DNA from: Candidatus Latescibacterota bacterium | Lineage (GTDB): Bacteria > Latescibacterota > UBA2968 > GCA-2709665 | Direction of reading: 5' to 3' | DNA: 64,000 nt | Assembly (NCBI GenBank): GCA_965219995.1 | Contig: CBDCOX010000002.1 | Coordinates: forward strand, 3,616,001-3,680,000 | Shown: piece after piece, positions 48,268-59,039 of the stretch | Layout of the letters: every line of letters starts with the position of its first letter | How positions within the stretch are numbered: the first letter of the stretch is position 1 | Made by a program: the position numbers and the translations under genes | Notes under the pieces: model-generated | The model's database searches: none | The model's input: only the letters and a program-made list of their open reading frames with translations | Told to the model about the DNA's origin: nothing

Positions 48268-49788
48268 TTATTCGGTTCTCTCGTGTGTGCGTACCGTAGC
48301 GAAGGTATCTTTCAGGCTTTCAATCTGCCTGATGCGCACCTGTTCGATCACCATTTTCGCCGACAGTTCGGTTTTTTTCAGGAACGCGCCCGGGTACACG
48401 CCAATCCAGAACATCAGGACCACGAGCGGCGTCAGAATAAACCACTCCCGTACGGACAGGTCCGCAAGCTTCCGATTTCGTTCGTCTTTCACCTCGCCCC
48501 ACACCACGCGCTGAAACATCCACAGCATGTACACGGCGGCAAGGACGACACCTGAGGCGGCAATGATGCCGTGTATCATGCTTGCCTTAAAGGCGCCGAG
48601 AAGGATCAGAAACTCACCCACAAATCCATTCAGCCCCGGAAGACCGATCGAAGAAAGCGTCGTGATCAGAAAAAAGGTCGCGAATACCGGGATGGTCTTT
48701 GCCAACCCGCCGAAGTCGGCGATGAGCCGCGTATGACGGCGTTCGTAGATCATGCCCACAATCAGGAACAGCGCGCCTGTGGACAGCCCGTGGTTCACCA
48801 TCTGAATGATCCCGCCCTGCATGCCCTGGGCGTTCATCGAGAAAATTCCAAGGACCACGAAACCCAGGTGGCTCACGCTGGAATAAGCCACCAGTTTCTT
48901 GATATCCGTCTGGACCATAGCCACCAGAGCGCCGTATACGATGCCGATCACGGACAGCGCCATGATGTGCGGGGTGAAGTACAGCGCGGCCATCGGGAAC
49001 AGCGGCAGGCAGAATCGAATCAATCCGTAGGTTCCCATTTTCAGAAGAACGCCCGCAAGGATCACGCTGCCCGCCGTGGGCGCCTCGACGTGTGCGTCGG
49101 GCAGCCAGGTATGAAGTGGAAACAGCGGTACCTTGATGGCGAAACTCAGGAAAAACGCCAGGAAGAGCCAGTGCTGTTGCGGGTGCAGATAGGTCATCTT
49201 CTGCAGCACCATCAGGTCGAAGGTGCCATACTGCAGACCGAGATAGACAATCGCCACGAGCATCAACAGACTGCCCGCCAGGGTAAACAGCACGAATTTT
49301 ATCGCCGCATAGATTCGCCGTTCGCCGCCCCAGACGCCGATCAGCAGAACCATGGGAATCAGCATGGCCTCCCAGAATACGTAGAAGAGAAATAGATCCA
49401 GGGCGCAGAATACGCCGATCATTCCGGTTTCGAGCAGAAGCATCGAGGCCATATACTCCCGCACGCGGGACGTTATCGACGCCCACGAAGCGAGAATCGC
49501 CAGGAACGTGAGCAGGGTGGTTACCAGTACCAGCAAGAGGCTGATCCCGTCGATGCCCACGAAATAGGAAATGCCGAACGCCCCCACCCACTCCGTCTTT
49601 TCCACGAACTGCATCCCGGCGGCGCCTGATCTGAATCCGGTAACCAAAAAAACGGACAGCAGCAGATTCACCAGTGCCACCGCGAGAGCGAGAACGCGGC
49701 TGAACCCGTCGCGTCCACGACCCAGGAGCAGGACCAGTACGCCGCCAATCAAGGGGATGAAGATCAGGCCCGTAAGGATTCCAGGCAT
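48268..49788 (-). CDS. nuoM: NADH-quinone oxidoreductase subunit M
   Basis: GIDGISL, FWEAMLIP, IKVPLFPLHTWLPDAHVEAPTAGS, LLKMGTYG, NHGLSTG, GFVGEF. Confidence 0.97.
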   Translation of the reverse strand: MPGILTGLIFIPLIGGVLVLLLGRGRDGFSRVLALAVALVNLLLSVFLVTGFRSGAAGMQFVEKTEWVGAFGISYFVGIDGISLLLVLVTTLLTFLAILASWASITSRVREYMASMLLLETGMIGVFCALDLFLFYVFWEAMLIPMVLLIGVWGGERRIYAAIKFVLFTLAGSLLMLVAIVYLGLQYGTFDLMVLQKMTYLHPQQHWLFLAFFLSFAIKVPLFPLHTWLPDAHVEAPTAGSVILAGVLLKMGTYGLIRFCLPLFPMAALYFTPHIMALSVIGIVYGALVAMVQTDIKKLVAYSSVSHLGFVVLGIFSMNAQGMQGGIIQMVNHGLSTGALFLIVGMIYERRHTRLIADFGGLAKTIPVFATFFLITTLSSIGLPGLNGFVGEFLILLGAFKASMIHGIIAASGVVLAAVYMLWMFQRVVWGEVKDERNRKLADLSVREWFILTPLVVLMFWIGVYPGAFLKKTELSAKMVIEQVRIRQIESLKDTFATVRTHERTE

Positions 49789-49800
49789 CGGTTCAGTTCC

Positions 49801-51660
49801 TCAATTCTCCGAAACGTAATACAGCACCGCAACCACGCCGAGCACCATCCAGAGCGCATACGTAGGCGCGTTGCCCGACTGGAAGCGGGTGACGACCCAG
49901 CCCGATCCCTTCACCAGCAGGCCCAGCCCGTTTGCCACCCCATCCACCACCATCGCATCGAGAACGCGCGACAGCACCAGCGACAGCCGATGAATCGGAC
50001 GGACGACCACGGCGTGGTAGACCTCGTCGACGTACCATTTTCGAATCAGCAGCCCGTGAAGGGAGTTCGAGGACGCCGCTCCCAGCCGTCCGGCTTTGTG
50101 CATCCGGTAGGCGAATCCGATTCCCAGCAAACCCGCGAGGACGGAAATACCCACCAGCATCCCGCCGGACAATCCGCCCGACGTAGCGTGCTGAGCCGCT
50201 CCGGCCGTATCGCTCAGGAAACCATCGATCCAGCCGTGCCCCGGCGGAACGCCCACGAATCCAACCAGGACCGATCCCAGTGCCAGCAAAATCAGAGGCA
50301 ACGTCATGCTGTAAGGAGACTCGTGAGCGTGTTCGTGCAGATGCCGATCGCGTGGCTGTCCATGGAACGTCATAAAGATCAGCCGGAACATATAAAACGC
50401 CGTAAGCACAGCACCCGCGACACCCAGGGCCCAGATTGCCACGTTTCCGGAGCGATACGCGCTCACCAAAATTTCGTCCTTGCTCCAGAAGCCGGCCAGA
50501 GGCGGAATTCCCGCGATGGCGAGCGCGCCGACCCAGAACGTGACACCGGTCACCCGCATCTTGCCCAACAGCCCGCCCATCTTCCGCATATCCAGTTCGT
50601 CCTGCATCGCGTGCATCACACTGCCCGCCGCCAGAAACATCAGTCCCTTGAAGAACGCGTGCGTGAACAGATGGAAAATTCCGGCCGTATATGCGCCGAC
50701 GCCCACGCCGACGAACATGTATCCCAGCTGGCTGACGGTCGAATAGGCCAGCACCCGTTTGATGTCGGTATTCACCAGCGCGATGGTCGCGGCCAGCAAC
50801 GCCGTGGCGATACCGACCCAGGCCACCACGGTCCCTGCGGCGGGGGAGAGGGTAAACAGCACGTTCGAGCGCGCCACCATATAGACACCCGCCGTAACCA
50901 TCGTGGCCGCGTGAATCAGGGAACTCACCGGCGTCGGGCCTTCCATAGCGTCGGGCAGCCATACGTAGAGCGGAAACTGCGCCGACTTTCCGCAGGCGCC
51001 GACGAAAAGCAGAAGCGCGATCGCCGTCGCAACGCCCGTGGACAACAGGAGCGGCGCCTTTGCGAATACCTCGGAGTACTGCACCGTGCCCAGATAACTT
51101 ACCATCAGAAAAATGCCGAGCAGGAAACCGAAATCTCCGATCCGGTTCACGATAAACGCTTTCTTGCCCGCATCCGAAGCGGACCTCCGTTCGTACCAGA
51201 ACCCGATCAGGAGATATGAACACAACCCAACGCCTTCCCATCCCACGAACATGAGCAGATAATTGTTCGCGAGCACCAGTACCAGCATGGAAAACACAAA
51301 CAGGTTCAGGTAGGCAAAGAATCGGGCGAACCCCGGGTCGTTGCGCATATATCCGAAAGAATATATATGGATAAGGAACGAGATTGCCGTAACCGTCACG
51401 ATCATGATGGTCGACAGGGCATCGACCTGGAACCCGACGGCGGCCTTGAACGACCCGGCCGCAATCCAGGTGTAGACGTTTTCGTTCAATTCTCCGCCGC
51501 CCGCCACCCAGAACAGAACACGCAGGGACAGTACACACGAAAGCCCCACCGCCGCGGCGCCGATATACCCGGACGCCTCCCGAAGCCGATGACCGAACAA
51601 TCCGTTTACGGCCGCACCTGCGAGCGGAAAGAGAATGATCAGAATGATAACGGTCAGCAT
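49801..51660 (-). CDS. nuoL: NADH-quinone oxidoreductase subunit L (619 aa, ordinary length)
   Basis: GWEGVGLCSYLLIGFW, GKSAQFPLYVWLPDAMEGPTPVSSLIHAATM, HAFFK, KWYVDEVY. Confidence 0.97.
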   Translation of the reverse strand: MLTVIILIILFPLAGAAVNGLFGHRLREASGYIGAAAVGLSCVLSLRVLFWVAGGGELNENVYTWIAAGSFKAAVGFQVDALSTIMIVTVTAISFLIHIYSFGYMRNDPGFARFFAYLNLFVFSMLVLVLANNYLLMFVGWEGVGLCSYLLIGFWYERRSASDAGKKAFIVNRIGDFGFLLGIFLMVSYLGTVQYSEVFAKAPLLLSTGVATAIALLLFVGACGKSAQFPLYVWLPDAMEGPTPVSSLIHAATMVTAGVYMVARSNVLFTLSPAAGTVVAWVGIATALLAATIALVNTDIKRVLAYSTVSQLGYMFVGVGVGAYTAGIFHLFTHAFFKGLMFLAAGSVMHAMQDELDMRKMGGLLGKMRVTGVTFWVGALAIAGIPPLAGFWSKDEILVSAYRSGNVAIWALGVAGAVLTAFYMFRLIFMTFHGQPRDRHLHEHAHESPYSMTLPLILLALGSVLVGFVGVPPGHGWIDGFLSDTAGAAQHATSGGLSGGMLVGISVLAGLLGIGFAYRMHKAGRLGAASSNSLHGLLIRKWYVDEVYHAVVVRPIHRLSLVLSRVLDAMVVDGVANGLGLLVKGSGWVVTRFQSGNAPTYALWMVLGVVAVLYYVSEN

Positions 51661-51720
51661 CGCCAGCTCACTTTATTCCGACGGAAGTATCGCGATTGCC
51701 GTATCACCGTCACGCGGCGC

Positions 51721-52026
51721 CTACCATTTCAGCAGGTTCACTTCGCCAACGTCCAATGTCTGTCTGTTCCTGTATAACGCAATGATAATCGCCAGTCCGA
51801 CCGCAACTTCGGCAGCGGACACCGCCATCACGAAGAACACGAATACCTGGCCGGAACCCGATCCCATATAACGCGCCATGGTCACGAACAGCAGATTGAC
51901 CGCGTTCAGCATCAGTTCGATACACATGAATATCACGATCGCATTGCGACGAATCAGTACGCCCGTCACACCGATCGCAAAAAGCATCGCGCTCAGGATC
52001 AGGTAATATGAAACCGGAACGGCCAT
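51721..52026 (-). CDS. nuoK: NADH-quinone oxidoreductase subunit K
   Basis: [20 protein letters not shown]. Confidence 0.97.
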   Translation of the reverse strand: MAVPVSYYLILSAMLFAIGVTGVLIRRNAIVIFMCIELMLNAVNLLFVTMARYMGSGSGQVFVFFVMAVSAAEVAVGLAIIIALYRNRQTLDVGEVNLLKW

Positions 52027-52114
52027 CTCGATCTCGCTGTTAAGAAGCTGTTTTGGATTTCGTCATCCGGACGAAAACCGGGACGGGAGCCTGCGCCCGG
52101 AATTGCCATCGCGT

Positions 52115-52642
52115 CTAACCGGATTCGCTTTCTCCGCCTCCACGGTCCCGTTTCACCATGACCATCACGCCGATCAGCGCAACCAGGAGGATCACGGAAA
52201 CCACCTCGAAGGGAAACAGATACCTGGTATAGAGCAGCTTGCCGATGGTATTGATGTTGTCCGTAAACAGCGGCGCTTCGTCGGATACCGGCGTGGCTGC
52301 CCAATGTCGTCCCGCCATGAAGCCGAGTTGCGCCACCAGCACCGCCGCCAGCAATACCACCGCGACGCGCCGATATCTGCCCGCCACGCGTTCGAGCGTG
52401 CCGGCATGGCCCAGGTTCAAAAGCATAATCACGAACAGAAAGAGTACCATTATTGCGCCGGCATACACGATAATCTGCACCGCCGCCAGGAAGTAGGCGT
52501 TCAGCAAAACAAAAAGCCCCGCCAGGGCGAAGAACGCAGCCACAAGAGACAGGGCACTGTAAACCGGATTTCGAAACGCGACGAGGAGCACGCCCGCAAC
52601 CAGCGCGATTGCGGCGAACGCAAAAAAGAAGGTCTGCTCCAT
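52115..52642 (-). CDS. nuoJ: NADH-quinone oxidoreductase subunit J
   Basis: RNPVYSAL, QIIVYAGAIMVLFLFVIMLL, PFEV. Confidence 0.96.
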   Translation of the reverse strand: MEQTFFFAFAAIALVAGVLLVAFRNPVYSALSLVAAFFALAGLFVLLNAYFLAAVQIIVYAGAIMVLFLFVIMLLNLGHAGTLERVAGRYRRVAVVLLAAVLVAQLGFMAGRHWAATPVSDEAPLFTDNINTIGKLLYTRYLFPFEVVSVILLVALIGVMVMVKRDRGGGESESG

Positions 52643-52667
52643 TCTTCCTCCCGCAGGGACGGGACAC

Positions 52668-53708
52668 TCAACTCGAGAGCGTAATGAACAGCCCGGTTAA
52701 GAAGACGTTCAGAAGCGCCAGCGGCAGCAGCACCTTCCACCCCAGCCACATGACCTGATCGTACCGAAAACGGGGAAGGGTCCAGCGCACCCACAGGAAC
52801 AGGAACATGAAGAATCCGGTCTTGACCAGAAACGCGAGCACCTTGAGCAGACTCGCGCCGATTGAGGTACTTCCGGGATCCACCAGCCATGGCATATGCC
52901 AGCCGCCGAAGAACAAGGTGGCGATGACGGCCGACGCGGTAATCATATGGGCGTACTCGGCCATGAAGAACATGGCGAACTTCATGCTGCTGTACTCGGC
53001 GTGATATCCCGCCACGAGTTCCTGTTCGGATTCCGGCAGATCGAACGGCAGCCGGTTGCTTTCCGCGAACGCGGCCGCGGTAAACAGCACGAATCCCAGC
53101 GGCTGCGAGAACACGTTCCATCCCGGCAAAAAACCGAACAGCGTTCGCTCGGACTGCTGCCTGACGATTTCGTCCAGCTGTAGCGTGCCAGCGGCCATCA
53201 GAACGCCGATCAGAGACAGCCCCAGCGCGAGTTCATAGCTGATCATCTGGGCGGAAGCGCGCAACCCGCCCAGCAGGGCATACTTGTTGTTGGACGCCCA
53301 CCCGCCGAGCACCACCCCGTAGACCCCCAGAGACGCCAGCGCCAGGAGGTAAAGGATGCCGACATTTATATCGGCGATCTGCAGCCGGACCTCATGGCCC
53401 CACACGGTCATGGTATCGCCGAACGGCACGATGGCAAAACCCATCAGCGCGGGGACGAGAATGGCGGGCGGCGCGGCCAGATAGACGAAGCGGTTCACAT
53501 GCCGGGGAATCACATCCTCCTTGAACAGGAATTTCAGTCCGTCGGCAAGCGGCTGCAGCAATCCCCAGGGCCCGACACGGTTCGGACCCAGACGGTTCTG
53601 GATATACGCGCTGATTTTCCGCTCGGCCAGTACGAGATAGGCAACCGCGCCCAGCATCCCGCCGAAAACCACGATGATTTTAATGGTACTTTCTACGGCG
53701 AATTCCAT
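52668..53708 (-). CDS. nuoH: NADH-quinone oxidoreductase subunit H
   Basis: ERKI...QNRLGPNRVG, ADGLK, AQMISYE, NRLPFDLPE.E.ELVAG, PRFRYDQ. Confidence 0.97.
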   Translation of the reverse strand: MEFAVESTIKIIVVFGGMLGAVAYLVLAERKISAYIQNRLGPNRVGPWGLLQPLADGLKFLFKEDVIPRHVNRFVYLAAPPAILVPALMGFAIVPFGDTMTVWGHEVRLQIADINVGILYLLALASLGVYGVVLGGWASNNKYALLGGLRASAQMISYELALGLSLIGVLMAAGTLQLDEIVRQQSERTLFGFLPGWNVFSQPLGFVLFTAAAFAESNRLPFDLPESEQELVAGYHAEYSSMKFAMFFMAEYAHMITASAVIATLFFGGWHMPWLVDPGSTSIGASLLKVLAFLVKTGFFMFLFLWVRWTLPRFRYDQVMWLGWKVLLPLALLNVFLTGLFITLSS

Positions 53709-53716
53709 AAGCGCTT

Positions 53717-55330
53717 CTACGTCCCGGCTGCTTCGATTTCGACGAGTGGAGTGCCCCGGTCACCGACGTCGTCGTTCATTCCCTCAAAGGGCGCGACGGC
53801 GTTCGCAAGGTCGGCCATAACCGCTTCGATCCCGTCGTGTGCGGCATCGACCCCCATCTCCCGGTTGACATCCCGCAGGATTTCCCAGTCCGCCCGCGCG
53901 TCGCCAACGGGGGCCAGGCCCCGCCGTACACGTTGTACCCGTCCGTCGACGTTCGTAAACGTACCGTCCTTCTCGATAAACGCCGCGCCGGGCAGGACCA
54001 CGTCGGCCATCGCCGTCCAGCTGCGGGCCTGGATGTCCTGAACGACCAGAAAGTCGAGGGACCCGAGGGCCGTCTGTTCCTCGTCGGACAGCGACTCCAG
54101 CGGATCGCCGCACAGCAGGTAGAGACCCCGTATCCGCCCTTCCGCCACGCCGCGCCAGACTTCGGAGGCATCTCCGAGAGATAACCCCAACCCCTCAAGC
54201 ACCGTCTGCGCGCCGCGGGTATTGGGAGACTTGTCCCCACGAATGGTGAATCCGCCCTTGAACGCGACGTCGCCCTCGTCACTGAGTCTGGTATGGACCG
54301 CGACGGGACCGCCCGCCAGCCCGTTCGAGAAGAGCGTGCCGAACAGATAGTGCTCTTCGTTGGTCAGGTGAGCCGACGCAATCCCGGCCACGGCGCCATC
54401 TCCGTACTCCGACCGAACGCGTTCGAATCCGGCCCTCGCCGCCTTCAGCGCGACCTCCCACAGCGCAAGTTCCTGCTCCTCGCCGCGTCCGAGCATCGGA
54501 AACAGCAGGCGGTCGTCGGCATGTACATAACCCCACCCGTGGCGTCCGTCGTCACACATCCAGTATTCGTTCACGTCCGGATTCTCACGCGGCACCAGTC
54601 GGTAGATCCGTTCATTGTTGTAGTCGGCCCTGATGTTGCATCCCGCGCTGCATCCCGGGCAGATCGTGTCGACGGACTTCAGAAACCATACACGCTGTTT
54701 GAAAAGAAACGATTTGTCCAGCAATGCGCCTACCGGGCAGATATCCACGGTATTGCCCGACAATCGATTGTCCATCCTGGCGCCGGGAAACACGTCGATC
54801 TCGTTATAGACCCCCCGATTGAAGTACCCCAGTTCGCCCGTGCCGGAAACCTCGTCGCAGAACCGGATGCAGCGGGTACACCGGATGCACCGGTCGGAAT
54901 ACAACAACACGTGCCTGCCAATGTCTTTCTTGGGCTGGACCAGCTTCTTCTCGTGGTACCGGCTCTTGTCGGACCCGTACGTGTAGCTGTAGTCCTGCAG
55001 TTCGCACTCGCCGGACTGATCGCACACCGGACAGTCCAGCGGATGATTCACCAGCAGGAATTCCATCACGGCATTCTGGTTTTCCTTGACGACGTCGGAC
55101 TGCGTATCCACAACCATGCCGTCGGCGGGCATGGCGGAGCAGGAAGGTCCGAGGCTGCGCCGACCCCCCACGTCCATCTCCACAAGGCACATGCGGCAGT
55201 TTGCCGGTGCGCTGAGCCCCGGGTGGTAGCAATAGTGAGGGACGTAAATCCCGTTGTCGATCGCCGTCTGGAGCACGTTCTTTCCAGGGACGATCTCAAT
55301 TTCACTGCCATCGATCGTAAATGTCGCCAT
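53717..55330 (-). CDS. nuoG: NADH-quinone oxidoreductase subunit G (short, 537 aa)
   Basis: CYH...NCRMC, HPLDCPVCDQSGEC, CIRCTRC..CPVGAL, CPGCSAGC..MCDDGR. Confidence 0.93.
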   Translation of the reverse strand: MATFTIDGSEIEIVPGKNVLQTAIDNGIYVPHYCYHPGLSAPANCRMCLVEMDVGGRRSLGPSCSAMPADGMVVDTQSDVVKENQNAVMEFLLVNHPLDCPVCDQSGECELQDYSYTYGSDKSRYHEKKLVQPKKDIGRHVLLYSDRCIRCTRCIRFCDEVSGTGELGYFNRGVYNEIDVFPGARMDNRLSGNTVDICPVGALLDKSFLFKQRVWFLKSVDTICPGCSAGCNIRADYNNERIYRLVPRENPDVNEYWMCDDGRHGWGYVHADDRLLFPMLGRGEEQELALWEVALKAARAGFERVRSEYGDGAVAGIASAHLTNEEHYLFGTLFSNGLAGGPVAVHTRLSDEGDVAFKGGFTIRGDKSPNTRGAQTVLEGLGLSLGDASEVWRGVAEGRIRGLYLLCGDPLESLSDEEQTALGSLDFLVVQDIQARSWTAMADVVLPGAAFIEKDGTFTNVDGRVQRVRRGLAPVGDARADWEILRDVNREMGVDAAHDGIEAVMADLANAVAPFEGMNDDVGDRGTPLVEIEAAGT

Positions 55331-55375
55331 CTTGATTTATCCCGGTACCCGAATGGATTTGACCTGTTTGACTGG

Positions 55376-56674
55376 TTATCGACCCTCTTCGATGTGGGCC
55401 TCGAATTCGTCCCGGAACGTCTGAACGAATCCGTGGATCGGATTTGCAAACGCCCCGCCGAAGCCGCAAATGGTCGTCAGCCTGGACGGCGGGCACAGAT
55501 AGGGCCCGACGTTGTGAGCAATGTCGAGCAACGTATCCAGGTCGCCCGGTTTCCCCTGGCCGTTCTCGATCCGCCACACGATATCCCGCGCCCATGGGCA
55601 TCCCTCGCGGCACGGCGTGCACTGCCCGCAGGACTCGTGAGCGAAGAAGACCATGAAGTTCAACAAAGCGTTGACCATGCACGAAGTTTCGTCCATCACG
55701 ATGATCCCGCCCGTGCCGAACATGCCCTGGAAGTCTCCCCCGCCCGGCGCAAGGAAATTCGACGGGTCCATCACGATATCGATCTGGTCGGGTGTCATCG
55801 GCGGCGTTGAAGCCCCGCCCGGAATCACCGCTTTCAACGCGCGACCGTCGCGCACTCCCCCAGCGAAATCCTCCACGATCTGGCGCATCGTGACGGAACC
55901 GGTTTCGAGCTCGAACATCCCCGGATTGTTCACATGGCCGCTGACGCAGAAAATAAACGTGCCGGGAAACCGTTCGCTGCCGATTCCCTTGAACCAGTCC
56001 GCCCCCCGGTTCACAATGTGGGGCACGTAGGAGAGCGTCTGGACGTTGTTTACCGTGGTGGGCCGTTCGAAAACACCCTGCTGGGCGGGAAACGGCGGTT
56101 TGGCGCGCGGCTCTGCGCGGTTGCCGTTGAGGGACTGGATCAGGCCCATTTCCTCACCGCAGATATAGGCCCCGGCGCCAGGGTGGACGTAGACCTCCAG
56201 GTCGTAGCCGGAACCCAGAATGTCCCGGCCGATATAGCCCGCCGCCCGCGCCTCCGCGATCGCCTTCTCCACGATCGTCCTGGCCTCGAACATTTCGCCA
56301 CGGATATAGACGTATGCCACGCTTACGCGCATCGCGTACGACGCGATAATGGTACCCTCGAGCATCTGATGCGGATTCTGCTCCATCAGATGCCGGTCCT
56401 TGAACGTGCCCGGCTCGCTTTCGTCGGCATTCACGCAGAGGTAACTGGGCTCGCGGGGTTCTTTCGGCATAAAACCCCATTTCACACCGGCCGGGAACCA
56501 TGCGCCGCCCCGACCGGCAAGGGAAGCCTCCCTCACCTCGTCGATCACCTCGTCCTGCGACATTCCGAAGGCCTTCCCGATGGCCGTATATCCACCATGG
56601 GCCCTGTAGACGTCGATCGACTGGAGGCCTTCGACGCCGAAGCCTTCGGTGATGATTTTGTATTCTTCAGGCAT
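55376..56674 (-). CDS. nuoF: NADH-quinone oxidoreductase subunit F
   Basis: GRGGA.FP, NADESEPGTFKDR, GAGAYICGEE, ESCGQCTPCREG; start MPEEYK. Confidence 0.95.
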   Translation of the reverse strand: MPEEYKIITEGFGVEGLQSIDVYRAHGGYTAIGKAFGMSQDEVIDEVREASLAGRGGAWFPAGVKWGFMPKEPREPSYLCVNADESEPGTFKDRHLMEQNPHQMLEGTIIASYAMRVSVAYVYIRGEMFEARTIVEKAIAEARAAGYIGRDILGSGYDLEVYVHPGAGAYICGEEMGLIQSLNGNRAEPRAKPPFPAQQGVFERPTTVNNVQTLSYVPHIVNRGADWFKGIGSERFPGTFIFCVSGHVNNPGMFELETGSVTMRQIVEDFAGGVRDGRALKAVIPGGASTPPMTPDQIDIVMDPSNFLAPGGGDFQGMFGTGGIIVMDETSCMVNALLNFMVFFAHESCGQCTPCREGCPWARDIVWRIENGQGKPGDLDTLLDIAHNVGPYLCPPSRLTTICGFGGAFANPIHGFVQTFRDEFEAHIEEGR

Positions 56675-56694
56675 ACGCTTTCGAATCGACTGTT

Positions 56695-57174
56695 TTACGC
56701 GGACCGGCCCAGCAGTTCGTCCAGCTTTTCCCGGGTCACGCAACGATGCAGTTCCTCGTTGATCAGGACGGCCGGCGCGCCTTCGCATGCCGCAATGCAC
56801 TCCACCTTGGCCAGCGTGAACCGTCCGTCTGCGGTGGTTTCACCCACGTCTATTTTCAGTTTTTCCTTAAGGTGTTTCGTAAGTTCGCCGGCGCCGCAGA
56901 GCGCACAGGACAGCGTGCCGCATACATGGATGACAACCTCGCCCACGGGCGCCTTGTGGAACATCGGATAGAAGCTCATCACGCCCGCCGCATGGGCGGG
57001 CGTAATATCCAGCATGTTCGCCACGTACCTCAATCCTTCGAGGGAGATGTACCCCCACTCCTTCTGCGCCAGATGCAGAACGGGAAGAATCGCCGCCTTG
57101 CGCCACTCCGGCGGATAGTGCGTGATCATCTCCTCGCACTTCTTCAAAGTCTCTTCGGAAAGCGCGATCGCCAT
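56695..57174 (-). CDS. nuoE: NADH-quinone oxidoreductase subunit E
   Basis: SFYPMF, VCGTLSC, ECIAACEGAP; start MAIALS. Confidence 0.95.
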   Translation of the reverse strand: MAIALSEETLKKCEEMITHYPPEWRKAAILPVLHLAQKEWGYISLEGLRYVANMLDITPAHAAGVMSFYPMFHKAPVGEVVIHVCGTLSCALCGAGELTKHLKEKLKIDVGETTADGRFTLAKVECIAACEGAPAVLINEELHRCVTREKLDELLGRSA

Positions 57175-57217
57175 ATTACGGTGTCCTGTCCTTCGAACGG
57201 TCCAATTCCGCGGACTG

Positions 57218-58990
57218 TTACCGGTCCAACTCTCCCGCAATTACGTTGATGCTGCCCAGAATGGCCACCACGTCGGCCACCATATGTCCGTGCGCCAGAT
57301 TCGGAAAGCACTGGTAGTTCATAAACGAAGGGGGTCTTACCCTCAGCCGGTACGCGGCGCCGCTCCCGTCGCTGACGATATAGAAGCCCAATTCCCCGTT
57401 CGGACCCTCCGTAGCCAGATAGATTTCTCCCGGGGGCGGCGCGATTCCGTGATGGTCCATCGTGACCTTGAAGTGGTGGATCAGCGACTCCATCCCGGTA
57501 TACACGTCGTCTTTCTCCGGAAGAATCACCTTGGCGTCGTCGACCTTTACGGCGCCTCCGGGCAGGTTGTTCACCGCCTGTTCGATAATCCGGATGCTCT
57601 GGTTCAGTTCCTCCATGCGGACCAGGTACCTGTCGTAGACGTCGCCTTTTTCGCCCACCGGAACGTCGAAGTCAAACGCTTCGTATCCCATGTAGGGCTC
57701 GGCCTTCCGCAAATCGTAGTTCACGCCGGACCCGCGTGCCATCGGACCCGTCAGATTCCACGCGATGGCGTCTTCGGCCGAGATCACGCCGATTCCCTTG
57801 GTACGGTCTATCCAGATCCTGTTGCGTGTCAGCAGCCTGTCGACCTCCCCGGCCGCTCTCGGGAACTGCGCCGTGAAGTCCGTTACCAGTTCGTGGAAAT
57901 TGTCGGGCACATCCCACCCCAGCCCGCCGACTCGCGTATAGCTGGTGGTCAGACGGGTGCCGGTGACGGCCTCGAATATATCGTACAGGCGTTCACGCTG
58001 TTCGAAGGTGTAGAGGAACACCGTCATCGCGCCGATATCCAGCGCGTGCGTGCCCAGCCAGACCATGTGGTCCGCGATGCGGGAAAGTTCCGACAGAATG
58101 ACACGGATGCACACGGCGCGCGGCGGGACTTCCAGGCCCATCATTTTTTCCACCGTCATCGCGTACCCGATGTTGTTGCACAACGGCGAGAGATAGTTCA
58201 TCCGGTCCGTGACCGTGACCCACTGGTTGTAGGTATGGTGTTCCCCCAGCTTTTCGAAGCCCGTATGCAGATAGCCTATGTCCGGAAGACACCTGGAAAT
58301 ACGCTCCCCATCCAGTTCGAGCGTGAGCCGCAGCGTCCCGTGGGTTGCCGGATGCTGGGGCCCCAGGTTCAGGACCATCCGCTCCGACGCCAGCGGGTCG
58401 TCGTCCGGTGCGTCGTCGTCCCCGAAAGGATTGCCCTCGAAACCGGGATCTTCCGGCGCGATAATGTCCCGCTCGCCCCGTCCGTTGAGCGGGTAATCTT
58501 TCCTCAGCGGGTAGTACTGAAAGTTCACCGGCATCAATATGCGCCGCAGGTCCGGATGGCCCTCGAACCGGATGCCGAACATATCGAACACTTCGCGCTC
58601 CGGCCATTCGGCGCCTTTCCACAATCCGCACGCGGAGGGGATCCCGCAGTTCTCTTCGCCAACCTTCGCCCGAAGCCGAAAGCGCTGGTTGTGAGGGTGG
58701 GAATAGAGGTGATAGACCACGTTGAACCGGACGTCAGGGCGCGGTCCGGGATACTCGGAATAGTCGACGGCCGTCACATCGGACAATCGATTGTATTCCA
58801 GGCCGGGCTCATCACGCAGAAATGCCAGCACGTCCGAAACCCGGTCCGCATCGCAGACCGCCGCCCAGTCCCCGCGGAATTCGGTAATCTCGAGGACGTC
58901 TTCCCCGAACCGTTCTTCCAGCCGTCTGGCCGTCAGGTTTCCAGCGGCGACGTCAGTCACAGTGGTTTCGTTTGTCATTTCCTGAGGCAT
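57218..58990 (-). CDS. nuoCD: Fused NADH-quinone oxidoreductase subunit C/D
   Basis: NuoC: WPEREVFDMFGI.F.GHPDLRRIL, PLRKDYP; NuoD: GPQHPATHG, GYLHTGFEK, DRMNY, GELDR. Confidence 0.96.
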   Translation of the reverse strand: MPQEMTNETTVTDVAAGNLTARRLEERFGEDVLEITEFRGDWAAVCDADRVSDVLAFLRDEPGLEYNRLSDVTAVDYSEYPGPRPDVRFNVVYHLYSHPHNQRFRLRAKVGEENCGIPSACGLWKGAEWPEREVFDMFGIRFEGHPDLRRILMPVNFQYYPLRKDYPLNGRGERDIIAPEDPGFEGNPFGDDDAPDDDPLASERMVLNLGPQHPATHGTLRLTLELDGERISRCLPDIGYLHTGFEKLGEHHTYNQWVTVTDRMNYLSPLCNNIGYAMTVEKMMGLEVPPRAVCIRVILSELSRIADHMVWLGTHALDIGAMTVFLYTFEQRERLYDIFEAVTGTRLTTSYTRVGGLGWDVPDNFHELVTDFTAQFPRAAGEVDRLLTRNRIWIDRTKGIGVISAEDAIAWNLTGPMARGSGVNYDLRKAEPYMGYEAFDFDVPVGEKGDVYDRYLVRMEELNQSIRIIEQAVNNLPGGAVKVDDAKVILPEKDDVYTGMESLIHHFKVTMDHHGIAPPPGEIYLATEGPNGELGFYIVSDGSGAAYRLRVRPPSFMNYQCFPNLAHGHMVADVVAILGSINVIAGELDR

Positions 58991-59039
58991 CCGATTGCCC
59001 GTTCGTCTATGGTCAATGCTTCAGAAGCGCCGTCCGCGT

